Origin: Verrucomicrobiaceae bacterium
GTDB lineage: Bacteria; Verrucomicrobiota; Verrucomicrobiia; Verrucomicrobiales; Akkermansiaceae
Direction of reading: 5' to 3'
NCBI GenBank assembly: GCA_009937455.1
Contig: JAACFN010000002.1
Span: 1-62,370 of the forward strand
DNA length: 62,370 nt
The notes beneath the pieces were generated by a model. The model was not told the DNA's origin, made no database searches, and saw only the letters and a list, made by a program, of their open reading frames with translations. Shown piece after piece: positions 10,178 to 20,661 of this stretch (positions within the stretch are counted from its first letter, which is position 1; each line of letters opens with the position of its first letter). The position numbers and the translations under genes are program-made.

Positions 10178-10465
10178 TTAATCGACGAGATTGTCGATGC
10201 GAGAGGCCAGCTCTACATCAATTTCAGTCACACCGCCTATATCTGCAGTTTTAAGACGAATAGTGACCGTGAGATCACGAATATCGATCTCAGGAAAGTG
10301 TTGAGCTTCGTTTGCAATCTCGGCGAGATCATTTACAAAATCAATACCCTCCATGTATTCTTCAAATTCGATGGTGCGGGTGATAGCTTCGCCTTCAGCT
10401 TCCCACTCAGGGCAGCGTTTGAGGGCTTCATCTAGTTCGTCGGCTGGAATGATTTCTTCAGACAT
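10178..10465 (-). CDS. phhB: pterin-4a-carbinolamine dehydratase family
   Basis: W..EGEAITRT.EF..YMEGIDFVN..A..A....H.P.I...GGVTE.DVELA. Confidence 0.8.
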   Translation of the reverse strand: MSEEIIPADELDEALKRCPEWEAEGEAITRTIEFEEYMEGIDFVNDLAEIANEAQHFPEIDIRDLTVTIRLKTADIGGVTEIDVELASRIDNLVD

Positions 10466-10580
10466 GGAATATAGTGGTATCGCAATTAAGCCAATTTGGC
10501 CTGTTCAACTTTGTCCGCTGTTGCATTGATTTGGCAAGCATGTTTCTTCATATTTTTTGGTTTTTTATAGTAATGGCTAT

Positions 10581-10609
10581 TTGCAAACCGGCATATTTTT
10601 CTCTAAGCT
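10581..10609 (+). promoter_or_regulatory. sigma70-like promoter, near-leaderless transcript
   Basis: TTGCAA-17bp-TAAGCT, 8 nt before ATG 10618. Confidence 0.5.
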
Positions 10610-10617
10610 CACTCATT

Positions 10618-11055
10618 ATGCGATTGTTTATCTGCCTTCTTCTTCCTCTATCTGTGGCACTTGCGAGCTGCAGCAATACCCCTGAAAAGCGCATCGAGCA
10701 TAACCCCGAGCTATTTCAGAAACTTACCGCCAATGAGCAAAAATTGGTGCGCACAGGAAGAATTGCACGGGGCATGAGTAAACCTGCTGTTTTTCTCGCT
10801 ATGGGTAACCCCGATCAAAAAACCTCGGGCATCCAGCATGGCAAGAGTTTTGAACGCTGGCACTACAATACAATGGTCCCAATTCATAGTTACGATTTAG
10901 CCCCCTACTATGGATATGGCTATGGACGCTATGGACGCCGCGCTCACTACCATGGCCTCAGCTTTCAACCCACCGTTCATTATGTGCCCCGTCATGGAGC
11001 CTCAGTCGAATTCGTCAAAGATGAAGTCACCGGCTGGAGTAAGGAAAGCAGGTAA
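10618..11055 (+). CDS. lipoprotein, SmpA/BamE-like fold
   Basis: Lipobox LASC; GMSKPAVFLAMGNPD...ERWHY; start reassigned from 10474. Confidence 0.65.
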   Translation: MRLFICLLLPLSVALASCSNTPEKRIEHNPELFQKLTANEQKLVRTGRIARGMSKPAVFLAMGNPDQKTSGIQHGKSFERWHYNTMVPIHSYDLAPYYGYGYGRYGRRAHYHGLSFQPTVHYVPRHGASVEFVKDEVTGWSKESR

Positions 11056-11180
11056 TTAAAGCCAAAGGCTCAGCTCACCTGGGGCTAGCTTCGAGCTTGA
11101 TACAAAAAAAGCTGACTGCATACACGCAGCCAGCTTCGAAATTTTTGAACGCCTCAATAAGAGATGCGTTTCTGAGGCGA

Positions 11181-11471
11181 TTAATCTTCCTTCTTAGGTG
11201 CCGCCTTCTTGGCCGCTTTTTTAGCCGTTTTTTTAGCTGCAGTTTTCTTAACTGCCTTCTTCGCTGCCGTCTTTTTTACTGCTGTCTTCTTTGCAGCGGT
11301 TTTCTTTACAGCTGTCTTCTTTACGGCTGATTTCTTAGCTGCTTTTTTGGCAGTCTTCTTAGCTGGCGTAGATTTTTTCAGCGCGATAGTGGCTTTCACC
11401 TGATCTTTCTTACGCTTCAAATACTCTTTGCGACGGCTACGCTTGATGATTTTGTTATGTTGCTTACCCAT
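11181..11471 (-). CDS. small basic protein with histone H1-like Lys/Ala tail
   Basis: MGKQHNKIIKRSRRKEYLKRKK followed by KKTAA/KKAAK repeats; start at ATG 11471. Confidence 0.8.
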   Translation of the reverse strand: MGKQHNKIIKRSRRKEYLKRKKDQVKATIALKKSTPAKKTAKKAAKKSAVKKTAVKKTAAKKTAVKKTAAKKAVKKTAAKKTAKKAAKKAAPKKED

Positions 11472-11546
11472 GGGAAGTGATTGATGTGCTGGGGAATTAA
11501 CGTCTCCAAGGAAAGCAAGCAAGCCCTAAATGAAGGGAATAAGCAT

Positions 11547-13118
11547 TCAGCTACTCAACGTAGCTCGCTTTTTGCCAGTTAAACGCAAGAATGTCTCATC
11601 ACTCACTTCACGCGCCGCACGAATACAACCTGTATTGCTAGTAGGCATCGCCATGATTTGTTCTAAGCAGAAATTTTGCGCTGCTTCTGTTTCGAACTCC
11701 ATGCCAACAAGAGCGCGACCAACACGTTCTCCAGAATAGGCATAATTAAAATAGCAGAGGCTCGCCAGATCTTTAACCTCCCTCATAAACTGAAGTAATG
11801 CTCCTGCACGCTCTGGGAACTCAATATTAATAAACAGAGGGAAGGAAAAAAGCTCTGCCGCATAATTAATGATGCGATAGTCGACATCTTCATCCCTCGA
11901 TACATCACTGGCTGAGACACCACGCTGTTGAAGAACCGCGTCGAGATCACCGTATTCCTGATCTGATCCGATCAAGCCCAATACGGGGTATTGCACAGCA
12001 GAATCGATCCTGCCGTATTGCAAATCGATGATACTCGTCTCGCTGGGAAGCTCACTAAGGAAATCCACAAGCGTACCCCTGCCCTCTGGAATGGGAACTC
12101 GCAGAAATCTACGGTGTTTAGGGCCTATTCCTGCTCGATGTGCTATCGCCCCCAACTGAGCAAAGTCCATATTTGCTCCGCTGACAATACACAGGACCTT
12201 TGCTCCAGGCTCAACCTGACCCTCGTCACAGTGCTTCTGAAAACCGGCCAAGGCCATAGCTCCACTTGGTTCGGGGATAATACGAGCGCTCTCCCAGAGA
12301 GTTCGTATCGAGTGGCACACCTCATCGTTAGTCACCGTAACCATGCCATCAAGTAGTTTTGAACAGTATTCGTAAGTCAGTGTGCCAGCTTTTCTCACAG
12401 CAGTCCCATCACAAAAAACATCGACATAATCTAGACTCACCGGATGCCCGGCCTTCATGGCCGCAGCCATAGAAGCTTGCTCAACACCCTCAACGCCATA
12501 AATCTTGACCTCAGGCCAGTATTTCTTCAGCCAGCAACTCAGGGCCGCAGCGAGACCACCACCGCCTATGGCGACATATACGCGCTCAAATGGCCCATGA
12601 CCGCTCATCACGACCTCATCAGCCAAGGTCCCCTGCCCGCCCATGACCATAACATCATCATAAGGGTGGACATAGACGCCATCACATTGCTCACAAAAAA
12701 CTCGTGCAGCTTTACCGGCTTCATCATAAGTGTCTCCGACCAGCCTAATTTCGACCATTTCTGCACCTATGCGCTGTACTTCACTACGCTTCACCTCAGG
12801 TGTCGCACGAGGCATATAAATGACCGCTTTACAATTCAATGCCTTAGCTGCCAGCGCAACACCTTGAGCATGGTTGCCGGCAGAAGCCGTAATAATACCT
12901 CGGCTCCGCTGTTCCTCAGTAAGTGCAGCCATCGCATTATAGGCTCCACGCCATTTGTAGGCTTTTATAGGACCGAGATCCTCACGCTTTACCCATACAT
13001 CATACCTAGAACCGGGTAATACTAGCGGCTGCAGTGGCGTCACATCTCCAAGAGCATAGACTCGCTCACGCGCAGCAAGTATCTCTTCAAATAATCGGTC
13101 TTGGTCTGGTGAATTCAC
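11547..13118 (-). CDS. ilvA: threonine ammonia-lyase (biosynthetic)
   Basis: KREDL...YKWRGA PLP lysine, ASAGNHAQG, GGGGL, SGANMDF, C-terminal regulatory domain (FPERAGALL). Confidence 0.9.
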   Translation of the reverse strand: MNSPDQDRLFEEILAARERVYALGDVTPLQPLVLPGSRYDVWVKREDLGPIKAYKWRGAYNAMAALTEEQRSRGIITASAGNHAQGVALAAKALNCKAVIYMPRATPEVKRSEVQRIGAEMVEIRLVGDTYDEAGKAARVFCEQCDGVYVHPYDDVMVMGGQGTLADEVVMSGHGPFERVYVAIGGGGLAAALSCWLKKYWPEVKIYGVEGVEQASMAAAMKAGHPVSLDYVDVFCDGTAVRKAGTLTYEYCSKLLDGMVTVTNDEVCHSIRTLWESARIIPEPSGAMALAGFQKHCDEGQVEPGAKVLCIVSGANMDFAQLGAIAHRAGIGPKHRRFLRVPIPEGRGTLVDFLSELPSETSIIDLQYGRIDSAVQYPVLGLIGSDQEYGDLDAVLQQRGVSASDVSRDEDVDYRIINYAAELFSFPLFINIEFPERAGALLQFMREVKDLASLCYFNYAYSGERVGRALVGMEFETEAAQNFCLEQIMAMPTSNTGCIRAAREVSDETFLRLTGKKRATLSS

Positions 13119-13176
13119 GAGCTCATTAATGTATGGAATAAGTAGGCAGAACAGCTCAAATTGATAGCTATAGAAA

Positions 13177-13220
13177 CAAAAAACCCGAGGTGCTTGATGC
13201 TACCCCGGGCTTTAAAAAAA
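13177..13220 (-). terminator. terminator of ribosomal operon after secY
   Basis: cccgaggt...accccggg stem flanked by A-runs on + strand. Confidence 0.6.
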
Positions 13221-13238
13221 CAATGCAAAATAGCCAGG

Positions 13239-14753
13239 TTAGTTCCCTTGATAAATCCAGTAAGAAACAGCAGCTACAATAAGTGCAGCAATGAATGCCC
13301 ACAGATAAATAATGGTGCCGCCAGAGGCGCGCTCACCTGTATTTTTAAGGCGATCATAACGCCCCTTGATTTTGCCTTTACGGAGGAACCCATCATAATG
13401 GCGCTGCAGAAGGTGAGTTTCGACCTGACGCATCATATCGAGTAACACACCAACAAGAATCAGCAAGCTGGTGCCTCCAAAGAAGGATGTCACCAAGAAC
13501 GGTAGTTCCTTACCAATGATGCCACGAGGCATTTGAGAAACAATCCATGGAAGAATAAAGATAATGGTGAGGAAGATAGCACCCGCAAAGGTGAGGCGGG
13601 TCATCGTGAAGTCCAAAAACTCTGCCGTTGGTTTACCCGGGCGGACACCTGGGATATAACCACCACTGCGCTTGAGGTTCTCTGAAATCTCACTCGGCTG
13701 GAACATGGTTGCCACCCAGAAGTAGGAGAAGAAAAAGATCATCAGACCGGCGACGAGGTAATAAGTAAGTCCGCCACCGGCGAGAGCATTTTGAATGTTC
13801 TGTGACCATTGTGCGGTCGGAAATGCCGACGAGAGAACAAATGTAGGTAATGATAAAATAGCCGTGGCAAAAATGATTGGCATCACACCCGCATAGTTGA
13901 CCTTCAGCGGAAGATACTGTGTCTGCCCACCAAGCTGCTTACGCCCCATAACACGTTTTGCATACTGAACGGCAATACGACGCTGGGCTTGGGTAATGGC
14001 AATAACGGCGGCAATGACGAAAATCAAGAAGGCTACCAGGAATACGAGGAAGGCAGCTGCTCCTACTCCAGCATCTGCACCAGAAACAAGAGTCTGCCAT
14101 GTGATGACCAGGGCCCCGGGAAGAGCTGAAATAATGTTCACGGTAATAATAAGTGAAATACCATTACCCAAACCACGCTCAGTGATCTGGTCACCAAGCC
14201 ACATCAGTAATAATGTGCCTGTAACGATCGTCAAAACGGTCATGGCGATGAAGACAAAGCCATGATCAGGCACCACTTCACCAAATTTAGAAATTCCTTG
14301 AAGCCCGGGGATATTGCCCGGATTTTTCAAACTAATAGCCAGCAAGTAACCCTGAACCAGCGCAATGATGATTGTGATCACACGGGTATACTGGTTGATT
14401 TTTTGGCGGCCTCCGTCCTCACGAGCAAGCTTGGAAAGCTTAGGGACAACGGCGGTCATCAACTGCATCATAATAGATGCGGAGATGTAAGGCATGATAC
14501 CTAGTGCAAACACGCCCATTTTTTGAAGGCCTCCGCCAGAGAAGAATCCGAGCATTGCTCCTACGGCAGCGCCGGGACCACTGTCGCCTCCGCTTTTTTG
14601 TTTGTCTGCCAAATATTCGGCAATAACACTGGCATCAACTCCAGGTAGAGTTACGTGCACGCCCAAACGGACGATTACCACGATGGCCAAGGTGAAAAGA
14701 ATACGCTCCCGAAGTTCGGGGACTTTCCATGTGCTAGCGAATGCTGAGATCAT
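13239..14753 (-). CDS. secY: preprotein translocase SecY
   Basis: FALGIMPYISASIMMQL, GNGISLII, LPLKVNYAGVMPIIFA, IPGVRPG, FGGTSLLI. Confidence 0.98.
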   Translation of the reverse strand: MISAFASTWKVPELRERILFTLAIVVIVRLGVHVTLPGVDASVIAEYLADKQKSGGDSGPGAAVGAMLGFFSGGGLQKMGVFALGIMPYISASIMMQLMTAVVPKLSKLAREDGGRQKINQYTRVITIIIALVQGYLLAISLKNPGNIPGLQGISKFGEVVPDHGFVFIAMTVLTIVTGTLLLMWLGDQITERGLGNGISLIITVNIISALPGALVITWQTLVSGADAGVGAAAFLVFLVAFLIFVIAAVIAITQAQRRIAVQYAKRVMGRKQLGGQTQYLPLKVNYAGVMPIIFATAILSLPTFVLSSAFPTAQWSQNIQNALAGGGLTYYLVAGLMIFFFSYFWVATMFQPSEISENLKRSGGYIPGVRPGKPTAEFLDFTMTRLTFAGAIFLTIIFILPWIVSQMPRGIIGKELPFLVTSFFGGTSLLILVGVLLDMMRQVETHLLQRHYDGFLRKGKIKGRYDRLKNTGERASGGTIIYLWAFIAALIVAAVSYWIYQGN

Positions 14754-14906
14754 TAGAGTGCTATTATCAGTTTAATTATTATTAATATTCAGAACCTGCT
14801 TCAGCAGACCCTGTTTCCTTTGTCACAGGGATTGTATGCACAAAGAGGAAGTGCTCAAGCACCTCCTCTCCATGAATCAATTATTTCATGAGATGAAGCG
14901 CAAGAT

Positions 14907-15368
14907 TTACTCCGCTGCCTTCTGAGCGTCTGCAATAGAGCCCCCAGCCTTTTCGATTTTCTCTTTGGCTGACGCGCTGACCTTACAGCCTTCAACCGTG
15001 AGCTTCTTAGCTAGGTCACCATTACCCAGAACTTTGACACCATCATAGGTCCCCTTGACTAGGCGTGCTGCCTTGAGAGTCCCCATGTTAACGGTGTCAC
15101 CATCTTCAAATCGCTCATTGAGAGAAGCAACATTGACGACAGCGATTTTATCTTGGAAGCGAGTGTTATTGAAACCACGCTTAGGCAAACGACGGTGAAG
15201 TGGCATTTGGCCACCTTCGAAACCTGGACGAACGCCACCGCCTGAGCGAGACTTCTGACCCTTATGGCCACGTCCTGAGGTCTTGCCCAGGCCTGAGCTT
15301 TCACCACAGCCTAGACGCTTAACACGATGCTTGGCACCTCGATTGGGTTTGAGATTATGCAAATTCAT
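14907..15368 (-). CDS. rplO: 50S ribosomal protein L15
   Basis: [31 protein letters not shown]. Confidence 0.98.
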   Translation of the reverse strand: MNLHNLKPNRGAKHRVKRLGCGESSGLGKTSGRGHKGQKSRSGGGVRPGFEGGQMPLHRRLPKRGFNNTRFQDKIAVVNVASLNERFEDGDTVNMGTLKAARLVKGTYDGVKVLGNGDLAKKLTVEGCKVSASAKEKIEKAGGSIADAQKAAE

Positions 15369-15408
15369 ATCTTTGTATGTTTATTTTAAAGTTGATTGTA
15401 AGCGCTGT

Positions 15409-16122
15409 TTATAGCGACTCCTTGACTTTTTTTCCGCGGCTGGCGAGGACTTCCTCACGAGTGCGGAGTTGAGATAGTGCCTTCAAAGTAGCTTTGACCA
15501 CATTAGAGTGATTATTGGAGCCAAGAGACTTACCGAGGACATCAGTGATGCCAACAGCTTCACAAACGGCACGGACTCCTCCACCAGCAATAATACCGGT
15601 TCCGGGACATGCAGGCTTGAGTAAAACAACTCCACCACCGTGCTCCGCTTGCACCTCATGAGGGATCGTTCCATCAACAATCTTCATACGGACGAGTGAA
15701 CGCTTGGCGTCATCACTACCCTTACGAATACATTCTGAAACTTCTTGAGCCTTGCCGAAGCCAACTCCGACTCGACCTTCCTTGTCACCTGATACCATCA
15801 GAGCAGAGAAGCTGAAGCGACGTCCACCCTTAGTAGCTGTAGCACAACGGTTGATGAAAACGACTTTTTCAGTCAGTTCCTTGCCGTCTTCTGTCATTGG
15901 TTTCGGAGGTGCTTGCCTTTGTGGGCGACCACGACCACGTCCACCACCATGACCGCCGCGACCACCACGGTGGTTGCCTGAGTCGTTAGAGGGTGCTGGC
16001 GCTTGAGTTGCGGGTGCAGATGCTGGTGCTTCAGATGCCGGTGCAGTCTCTGCTTTGGCTTCAGGTGCTGGGGCATTGCTTGCCTCAGCTGGTGTGCTAT
16101 TTTCGTTTTGATTATCAGCCAT
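15409..16122 (-). CDS. rpsE: 30S ribosomal protein S5 (long N-terminal extension)
   Basis: [32 protein letters not shown]. Confidence 0.97.
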   Translation of the reverse strand: MADNQNENSTPAEASNAPAPEAKAETAPASEAPASAPATQAPAPSNDSGNHRGGRGGHGGGRGRGRPQRQAPPKPMTEDGKELTEKVVFINRCATATKGGRRFSFSALMVSGDKEGRVGVGFGKAQEVSECIRKGSDDAKRSLVRMKIVDGTIPHEVQAEHGGGVVLLKPACPGTGIIAGGGVRAVCEAVGITDVLGKSLGSNNHSNVVKATLKALSQLRTREEVLASRGKKVKESL

Positions 16123-16136
16123 GGTTTTGAAATGGA

Positions 16137-16493
16137 TTAGAATTGAAGTCCAGCCTCACGAGCGGAGTCTGCGAGTGCTTTGATTTTTCCGTGGTAGAGG
16201 TGACCACCACGATCGAATACCACCTTTGAAATGTTAGCTTCCTTGGCGCGGCTTGCGACAAGTTCACCAACCTTCTGGGCTGTGGCTTGATTAGATGCTG
16301 CATTTTCTAGGCCCTTATCAAGACTAGATGCGGCACACAGTGTGACACCAGCAACATCATCAATGATCTGGGCATAGATGTGCTGATTGGAATAGCTGAC
16401 AGCCAAACGGGGGCAAGTAGCGTTGCCGGATACCTTTTTACGGATACGGCGGTGAATCCGTTGACGGACTTTTTTACGATTGAGAGTGCTCAT
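16137..16493 (-). CDS. rplR: 50S ribosomal protein L18
   Basis: PRLAV..SN.HIYAQ, VVFDRGG..YHG. Confidence 0.98.
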   Translation of the reverse strand: MSTLNRKKVRQRIHRRIRKKVSGNATCPRLAVSYSNQHIYAQIIDDVAGVTLCAASSLDKGLENAASNQATAQKVGELVASRAKEANISKVVFDRGGHLYHGKIKALADSAREAGLQF

Positions 16494-16541
16494 TGTTCTA
16501 AAATAGTTTGATGCTTAATTAATTATGCAGGTTGATTTTGA

Positions 16542-17081
16542 TTACTGAACGCTCTTACCAGCCTTGCGGCGGACTCGCTCACCTACGTAGCGGACACCTT
16601 TGCCCTTAAATGGCTCTGGTGGATAATAACGGCGAACTTCAGCTGCAAATTGTCCGACAACTTGCTTATCGATACCCTCCACCTTGATGTTGGTGTTCTG
16701 ATCAACTGTGACTTTAATCCCCTCAGGAATCGGGTGCAGAATCGGGTGGCTCTTGCCGAGGCTGAGGTCCAGGTCCTTACCTTTGACAGCAGCACGAAAA
16801 CCAACACCTTGAATCTCTAGCTCTTTAACAAAGCCGTTACTTACGCCCTCAATCATGTTGCTGATTAAGCTGCGGGATGTTCCGTGAAGTGATTTCTGAC
16901 GGCGGTGCTCAGAATCACGTTTTACGGTAACTGTGCCATCAGCCTCTTCTACGGAAATGCCTGCTGGCATTGTCCACTCTAGCTTTCCTTTTGGTCCTTC
17001 AACGGTAACGAGACCATTGTTGCCAGCTTTGACGCTGACCTTTTCTGGAAGAGCTATATCTTTTAATCCAATACGTGACAT
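16542..17081 (-). CDS. rplF: 50S ribosomal protein L6
   Basis: MSRIG, GPKG, PEPFKGKGVRY. Confidence 0.98.
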   Translation of the reverse strand: MSRIGLKDIALPEKVSVKAGNNGLVTVEGPKGKLEWTMPAGISVEEADGTVTVKRDSEHRRQKSLHGTSRSLISNMIEGVSNGFVKELEIQGVGFRAAVKGKDLDLSLGKSHPILHPIPEGIKVTVDQNTNIKVEGIDKQVVGQFAAEVRRYYPPEPFKGKGVRYVGERVRRKAGKSVQ

Positions 17082-17119
17082 AATGTTGTATTCCTAATTT
17101 TATGTTTACGGGCAATGAA

Positions 17120-17521
17120 CTACCAAACAAAAGCGAGGACTTCACCTCCCAGTTTTTCCCTACGAGCAACAGCACCGGTCTTGAGCCCCTTAGAGGTAGA
17201 CACGATGGATATTCCTAGGCCATTGAGGACACGCGGGATTTCCCCCGCACCAACATAACGTCGTATTCCAGGTTTGGATACGCGCTTGAGATCTGTGAGA
17301 ATGGGGTTTCCATTATCAGCATACTTAACTTTCACCTTGATCTCAGGGAACTTACCTGTGGAATCTACCTCGTAGTTCCAGATATATCCCTCGTCTTGGA
17401 GAATCTTTGCGATTGCCTCCTTGATTTTGGAATGAGGGGCCTTGAATGTCTCGTTGCCTGCGCGTGATGCGTTCTTCAGACGGGTGAGAAAATCAGAAAT
17501 TGGGTCACTTAAAACTGCCAT
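17120..17521 (-). CDS. rpsH: 30S ribosomal protein S8
   Basis: DPISDFLTRLKNA, SKPGIRRY, GLGISIVSTSKG, GGEV. Confidence 0.98.
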   Translation of the reverse strand: MAVLSDPISDFLTRLKNASRAGNETFKAPHSKIKEAIAKILQDEGYIWNYEVDSTGKFPEIKVKVKYADNGNPILTDLKRVSKPGIRRYVGAGEIPRVLNGLGISIVSTSKGLKTGAVARREKLGGEVLAFVW

Positions 17522-17569
17522 AGTGCTTGTAATTCTTTAAATTGTTAATCGTTGATTGCTACGTGATAA

Positions 17570-18136
17570 TTAAGCAGCATCGTCGGCTTTCTTAGGTTCA
17601 CGGAATGGCATGCCGAGTGCCTTGAGAAGCGCGCGCCCCTCATCATCTGTGTTTGCGGAAGTTACAAAAATGAGATCAAAACCAAGCTGACGCTTAATCT
17701 TATCGAGCTCAATTTCAGGGAAAATAGACTGGTCGTCAATGCCAAGAGCATAGTTACCACGGCCGTCAAAGCTCTTAGGAGTAATGCCACGGAAGTCACG
17801 AATATTGGGTGCCGTGATGTTAATGAAACGGTCCAAAAACTCCCACATGTGGTTGCCACGCAATGTAACACGAGCACCTACAGCTTCACCTTCACGCACC
17901 TTGAAGTTTGCCACACTCTTACGAGCGTATGAGATACTTGGCTTCTGCCCAGTGATCTTGCAAATATCTTCGATGGCATCCTCAACGGCTTGCTTACGAT
18001 CGGAAGCGGAGCCAACGTGAGTTGTGACGACGATTTTTTCCAGGAGGGGAACCTGGTGTGGATTAGTGTAGCCTTGCTGCTCTTTGAGAGTAGAGACTAC
18101 CTTGTCTTGGTAGTAGGATTGTAGTGTTGGTTTCAT
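17570..18136 (-). CDS. rplE: 50S ribosomal protein L5
   Basis: ITGQKP, KSVANFKVREG, RDFRG, FDGRGNY. Confidence 0.98.
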   Translation of the reverse strand: MKPTLQSYYQDKVVSTLKEQQGYTNPHQVPLLEKIVVTTHVGSASDRKQAVEDAIEDICKITGQKPSISYARKSVANFKVREGEAVGARVTLRGNHMWEFLDRFINITAPNIRDFRGITPKSFDGRGNYALGIDDQSIFPEIELDKIKRQLGFDLIFVTSANTDDEGRALLKALGMPFREPKKADDAA

Positions 18137-18222
18137 GGTATGCGGGTCAGCTTGTTGTTGGGTCGCTTAAGCGCTGGGGTTATTGAACGACGCTCCATAA
18201 GAGGAAACGTCGAAAAATGTGT

Positions 18223-18453
18223 TTAGGAGATTTTTTTGACGTTGGAGATGGCGATTGGTCCATCTTGTTCGATGATTCCGCCGTCCGGGTTTTGCTCCGA
18301 CTTGCGGATGGCCTTCTTCATGACGCGAGCGCCCTCGACAACGACTTGACCCTTGGCCGCGTTGACTGAGAGAACGGTACCGCGTTTGCCCTTGTGGTTG
18401 CCTGCGACAACTTCGACTTCGTCACCTTTTCTTACGTGTGTTTTAATACGCAT
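18223..18453 (-). CDS. rplX: 50S ribosomal protein L24 (short)
   Basis: [29 protein letters not shown]. Confidence 0.95.
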   Translation of the reverse strand: MRIKTHVRKGDEVEVVAGNHKGKRGTVLSVNAAKGQVVVEGARVMKKAIRKSEQNPDGGIIEQDGPIAISNVKKIS

Positions 18454-18476
18454 TGTAAATAGAGTTAATAGTTTAA

Positions 18477-18842
18477 TTAGAGAACCTCAGGGGCGAGTGA
18501 TACGATCTTCATGTAGCGCCTATCGCGCAATTCACGAGCAACCGGGCCGAAGATACGGGTGCCTCTTGGGTTTCCGTCTTTGTCGATAATAACGATTGCG
18601 TTGCTATCAAAACGAAGCACAGAACCATCAGCACGGCGTACGGGATACGCAGAGCGAACAACGACAGCCTTAACGACCTCGCCTTTTTTGATGCTTGCCG
18701 TAGGGATAGCTTCCCTTACGTGAGCTGTGATAACATCGCCTACACGAGCCACCTTAGTACGCTTGCCAATGACGCCGATCATCTTGGCAACACGTGCACC
18801 GGTGTTATCGGCGATTTGAACTTTGGATTCCATCTGGATCAT
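18477..18842 (-). CDS. rplN: 50S ribosomal protein L14
   Basis: [31 protein letters not shown]. Confidence 0.98.
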   Translation of the reverse strand: MIQMESKVQIADNTGARVAKMIGVIGKRTKVARVGDVITAHVREAIPTASIKKGEVVKAVVVRSAYPVRRADGSVLRFDSNAIVIIDKDGNPRGTRIFGPVARELRDRRYMKIVSLAPEVL

Positions 18843-18915
18843 GACAGTAAAATGTTTTGTTGGTTATTAGTGATTAATAATTACCGGTATTGCCGCTAGG
18901 CAATATACCGATGAA

Positions 18916-19182
18916 TTAGTGAGTGAGAACTTCTTGGAGCTTCCAGCACTTCTTTTTAGAAATAGGCTTTGTTTCGATAATGCTGACCTTGTCACCTACT
19001 GCAGCCTCACCATTTTCATCGTGGGCATAGAACTTCTTGGATCGCTTAATGATCTTTTTGAAGCGTGGGTGGGGCACGCGGTTGGTGTATTCCACGACGA
19101 TGGTCTTATCCATGGATGTGGAGATTACAATACCGACGCGGGTCTTGCGGATACCTTGTGTTTTGGTTTCAGATTCGCTCAT
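18916..19182 (-). CDS. rpsQ: 30S ribosomal protein S17
   Basis: MDKTIVV, AHDE, ETKPISKKK.W. Confidence 0.97.
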   Translation of the reverse strand: MSESETKTQGIRKTRVGIVISTSMDKTIVVEYTNRVPHPRFKKIIKRSKKFYAHDENGEAAVGDKVSIIETKPISKKKCWKLQEVLTH

Positions 19183-19214
19183 GATTGATGATGTTGAATA
19201 ATTAGTTAATTAGC

Positions 19215-19418
19215 TTAACCCTGGAGACGGCGCTCGGAGAGTGTAGTTTGCACACGTGCAACCTCGCGACGGACGAGTTTACGGCGTGCTGTATTTTCCA
19301 GCTGTCCCGTCGCTTGCTGCAAGCGGAGGTTGAGTGCCTCCTGCTTGAGGTCACGAAGACGGCTAATGAGCTCCTCAGTAGTGAGCTCGCGGATTTCTGT
19401 GATATTGGACTGGGCCAT
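19215..19418 (-). CDS. rpmC: 50S ribosomal protein L29
   Basis: [23 protein letters not shown]; operon position. Confidence 0.96.
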   Translation of the reverse strand: MAQSNITEIRELTTEELISRLRDLKQEALNLRLQQATGQLENTARRKLVRREVARVQTTLSERRLQG

Positions 19419-19457
19419 GGCTTAAAATTGTTTGTAGGTTATCTAAATTGTAAATCT

Positions 19458-19877
19458 TTAGCCGTGGTTTCCACGGACAACGAAACGAGTGGGAACACCA
19501 AGCTTGTAGGATGCCAAACGGAGAGCTTCCTTTGCTGCTGATTCAGAAACACCAGCGACTTCAAAAAGCATCGTCCCTGGGCGAATGACTGCCACCCAAG
19601 CCTCAACAGCACCCTTACCTTTACCCATACGAGTTTCAGCAGGCTTTGCTGTGACAGACTTGTGAGGGAATACACGGATCCAAACTTTACCTTTACGCTT
19701 TAGTTTACGGTTGATGGCTACACGGCAGGCTTCGATCTGACGGTTAGTCATCCATCCGCGTCCTAGGCACTGAAGGCCGAAGTCACCGAAGCTCACGGTG
19801 TTTCCGCGCTGGGCGTTTCCGCCGCGGTTTCCGCGATGAGACTTGCGGAACTTCACTCTTTTTGGCATTAATGGCAT
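19458..19877 (-). CDS. rplP: 50S ribosomal protein L16
   Basis: [24 protein letters not shown]. Confidence 0.98.
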   Translation of the reverse strand: MPLMPKRVKFRKSHRGNRGGNAQRGNTVSFGDFGLQCLGRGWMTNRQIEACRVAINRKLKRKGKVWIRVFPHKSVTAKPAETRMGKGKGAVEAWVAVIRPGTMLFEVAGVSESAAKEALRLASYKLGVPTRFVVRGNHG

Positions 19878-19938
19878 GATATTATCCTCCTAATTAAAAT
19901 TTGTTAGTTATATGAATTTGCTAGTCAGTAGTTGTCGA

Positions 19939-20640
19939 CTAACCGTTGTTACGATCGTTACGTTCACGGCGTTGACCACCGCGAGGACGACCTCCGCCGC
20001 CTCCTTTTTCTTCCTTTTCTTCCTTCTTATTGATCCAGCACTTGATGCCAATGATACCGTAGACGGTAGCAGCTTCTGCAAAACCATAGTCGATTGGGAC
20101 ACGAAGGGTCTGGAGAGGGACTGTGCCCTCACGATATGATTCAGCGCGGGCAATATCAGCACCACCAAGGCGACCTGCGCAACGGATACGAATACCCTCT
20201 GCACCGAATTCCATACCTGTCTGGATGGCACGTTTCATAGCACGGCGAAATGCAATACGGCGTTCAAGCTGAACTGCCACATTTTCAGCTACAAGCTGAG
20301 CATCAAGTTCAGGCTTGCGAATCTCAAGAATGTCAATTTTCACTTGGCAGCCTCCACAGAGCTGAGAAATCTCATTGGTCATTCTCTCAATCTCAGATCC
20401 TTTGCGACCAATCACAAGACCTGGACGGGCTGTAGAAAGTGTGACGCGCACACTGTTCCAGGCACGCTCAATAATGACCTTGGATATTCCTGACATATGC
20501 AGGCGCTTCTTGATATACTTCCGGATCTTTAGATCTTCATGAAGATTATCGGTGTATTCTTTTCCAGTGGCATACCACTTGGAACGCCAGTCTTTATTGA
20601 CTGCGAGACGGAATGAGATCGGATTGATTTTCTGGCCCAT
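19939..20640 (-). CDS. rpsC: 30S ribosomal protein S3
   Basis: [33 protein letters not shown]. Confidence 0.98.
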   Translation of the reverse strand: MGQKINPISFRLAVNKDWRSKWYATGKEYTDNLHEDLKIRKYIKKRLHMSGISKVIIERAWNSVRVTLSTARPGLVIGRKGSEIERMTNEISQLCGGCQVKIDILEIRKPELDAQLVAENVAVQLERRIAFRRAMKRAIQTGMEFGAEGIRIRCAGRLGGADIARAESYREGTVPLQTLRVPIDYGFAEAATVYGIIGIKCWINKKEEKEEKGGGGGRPRGGQRRERNDRNNG

Positions 20641-20661
20641 GGTTTTGTTTTTTAAATTTGG

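Noticed and set aside
11097-11403. Hydrophobic + strand ORFs
   Set aside because: Antisense to the Lys/Ala-rich gene
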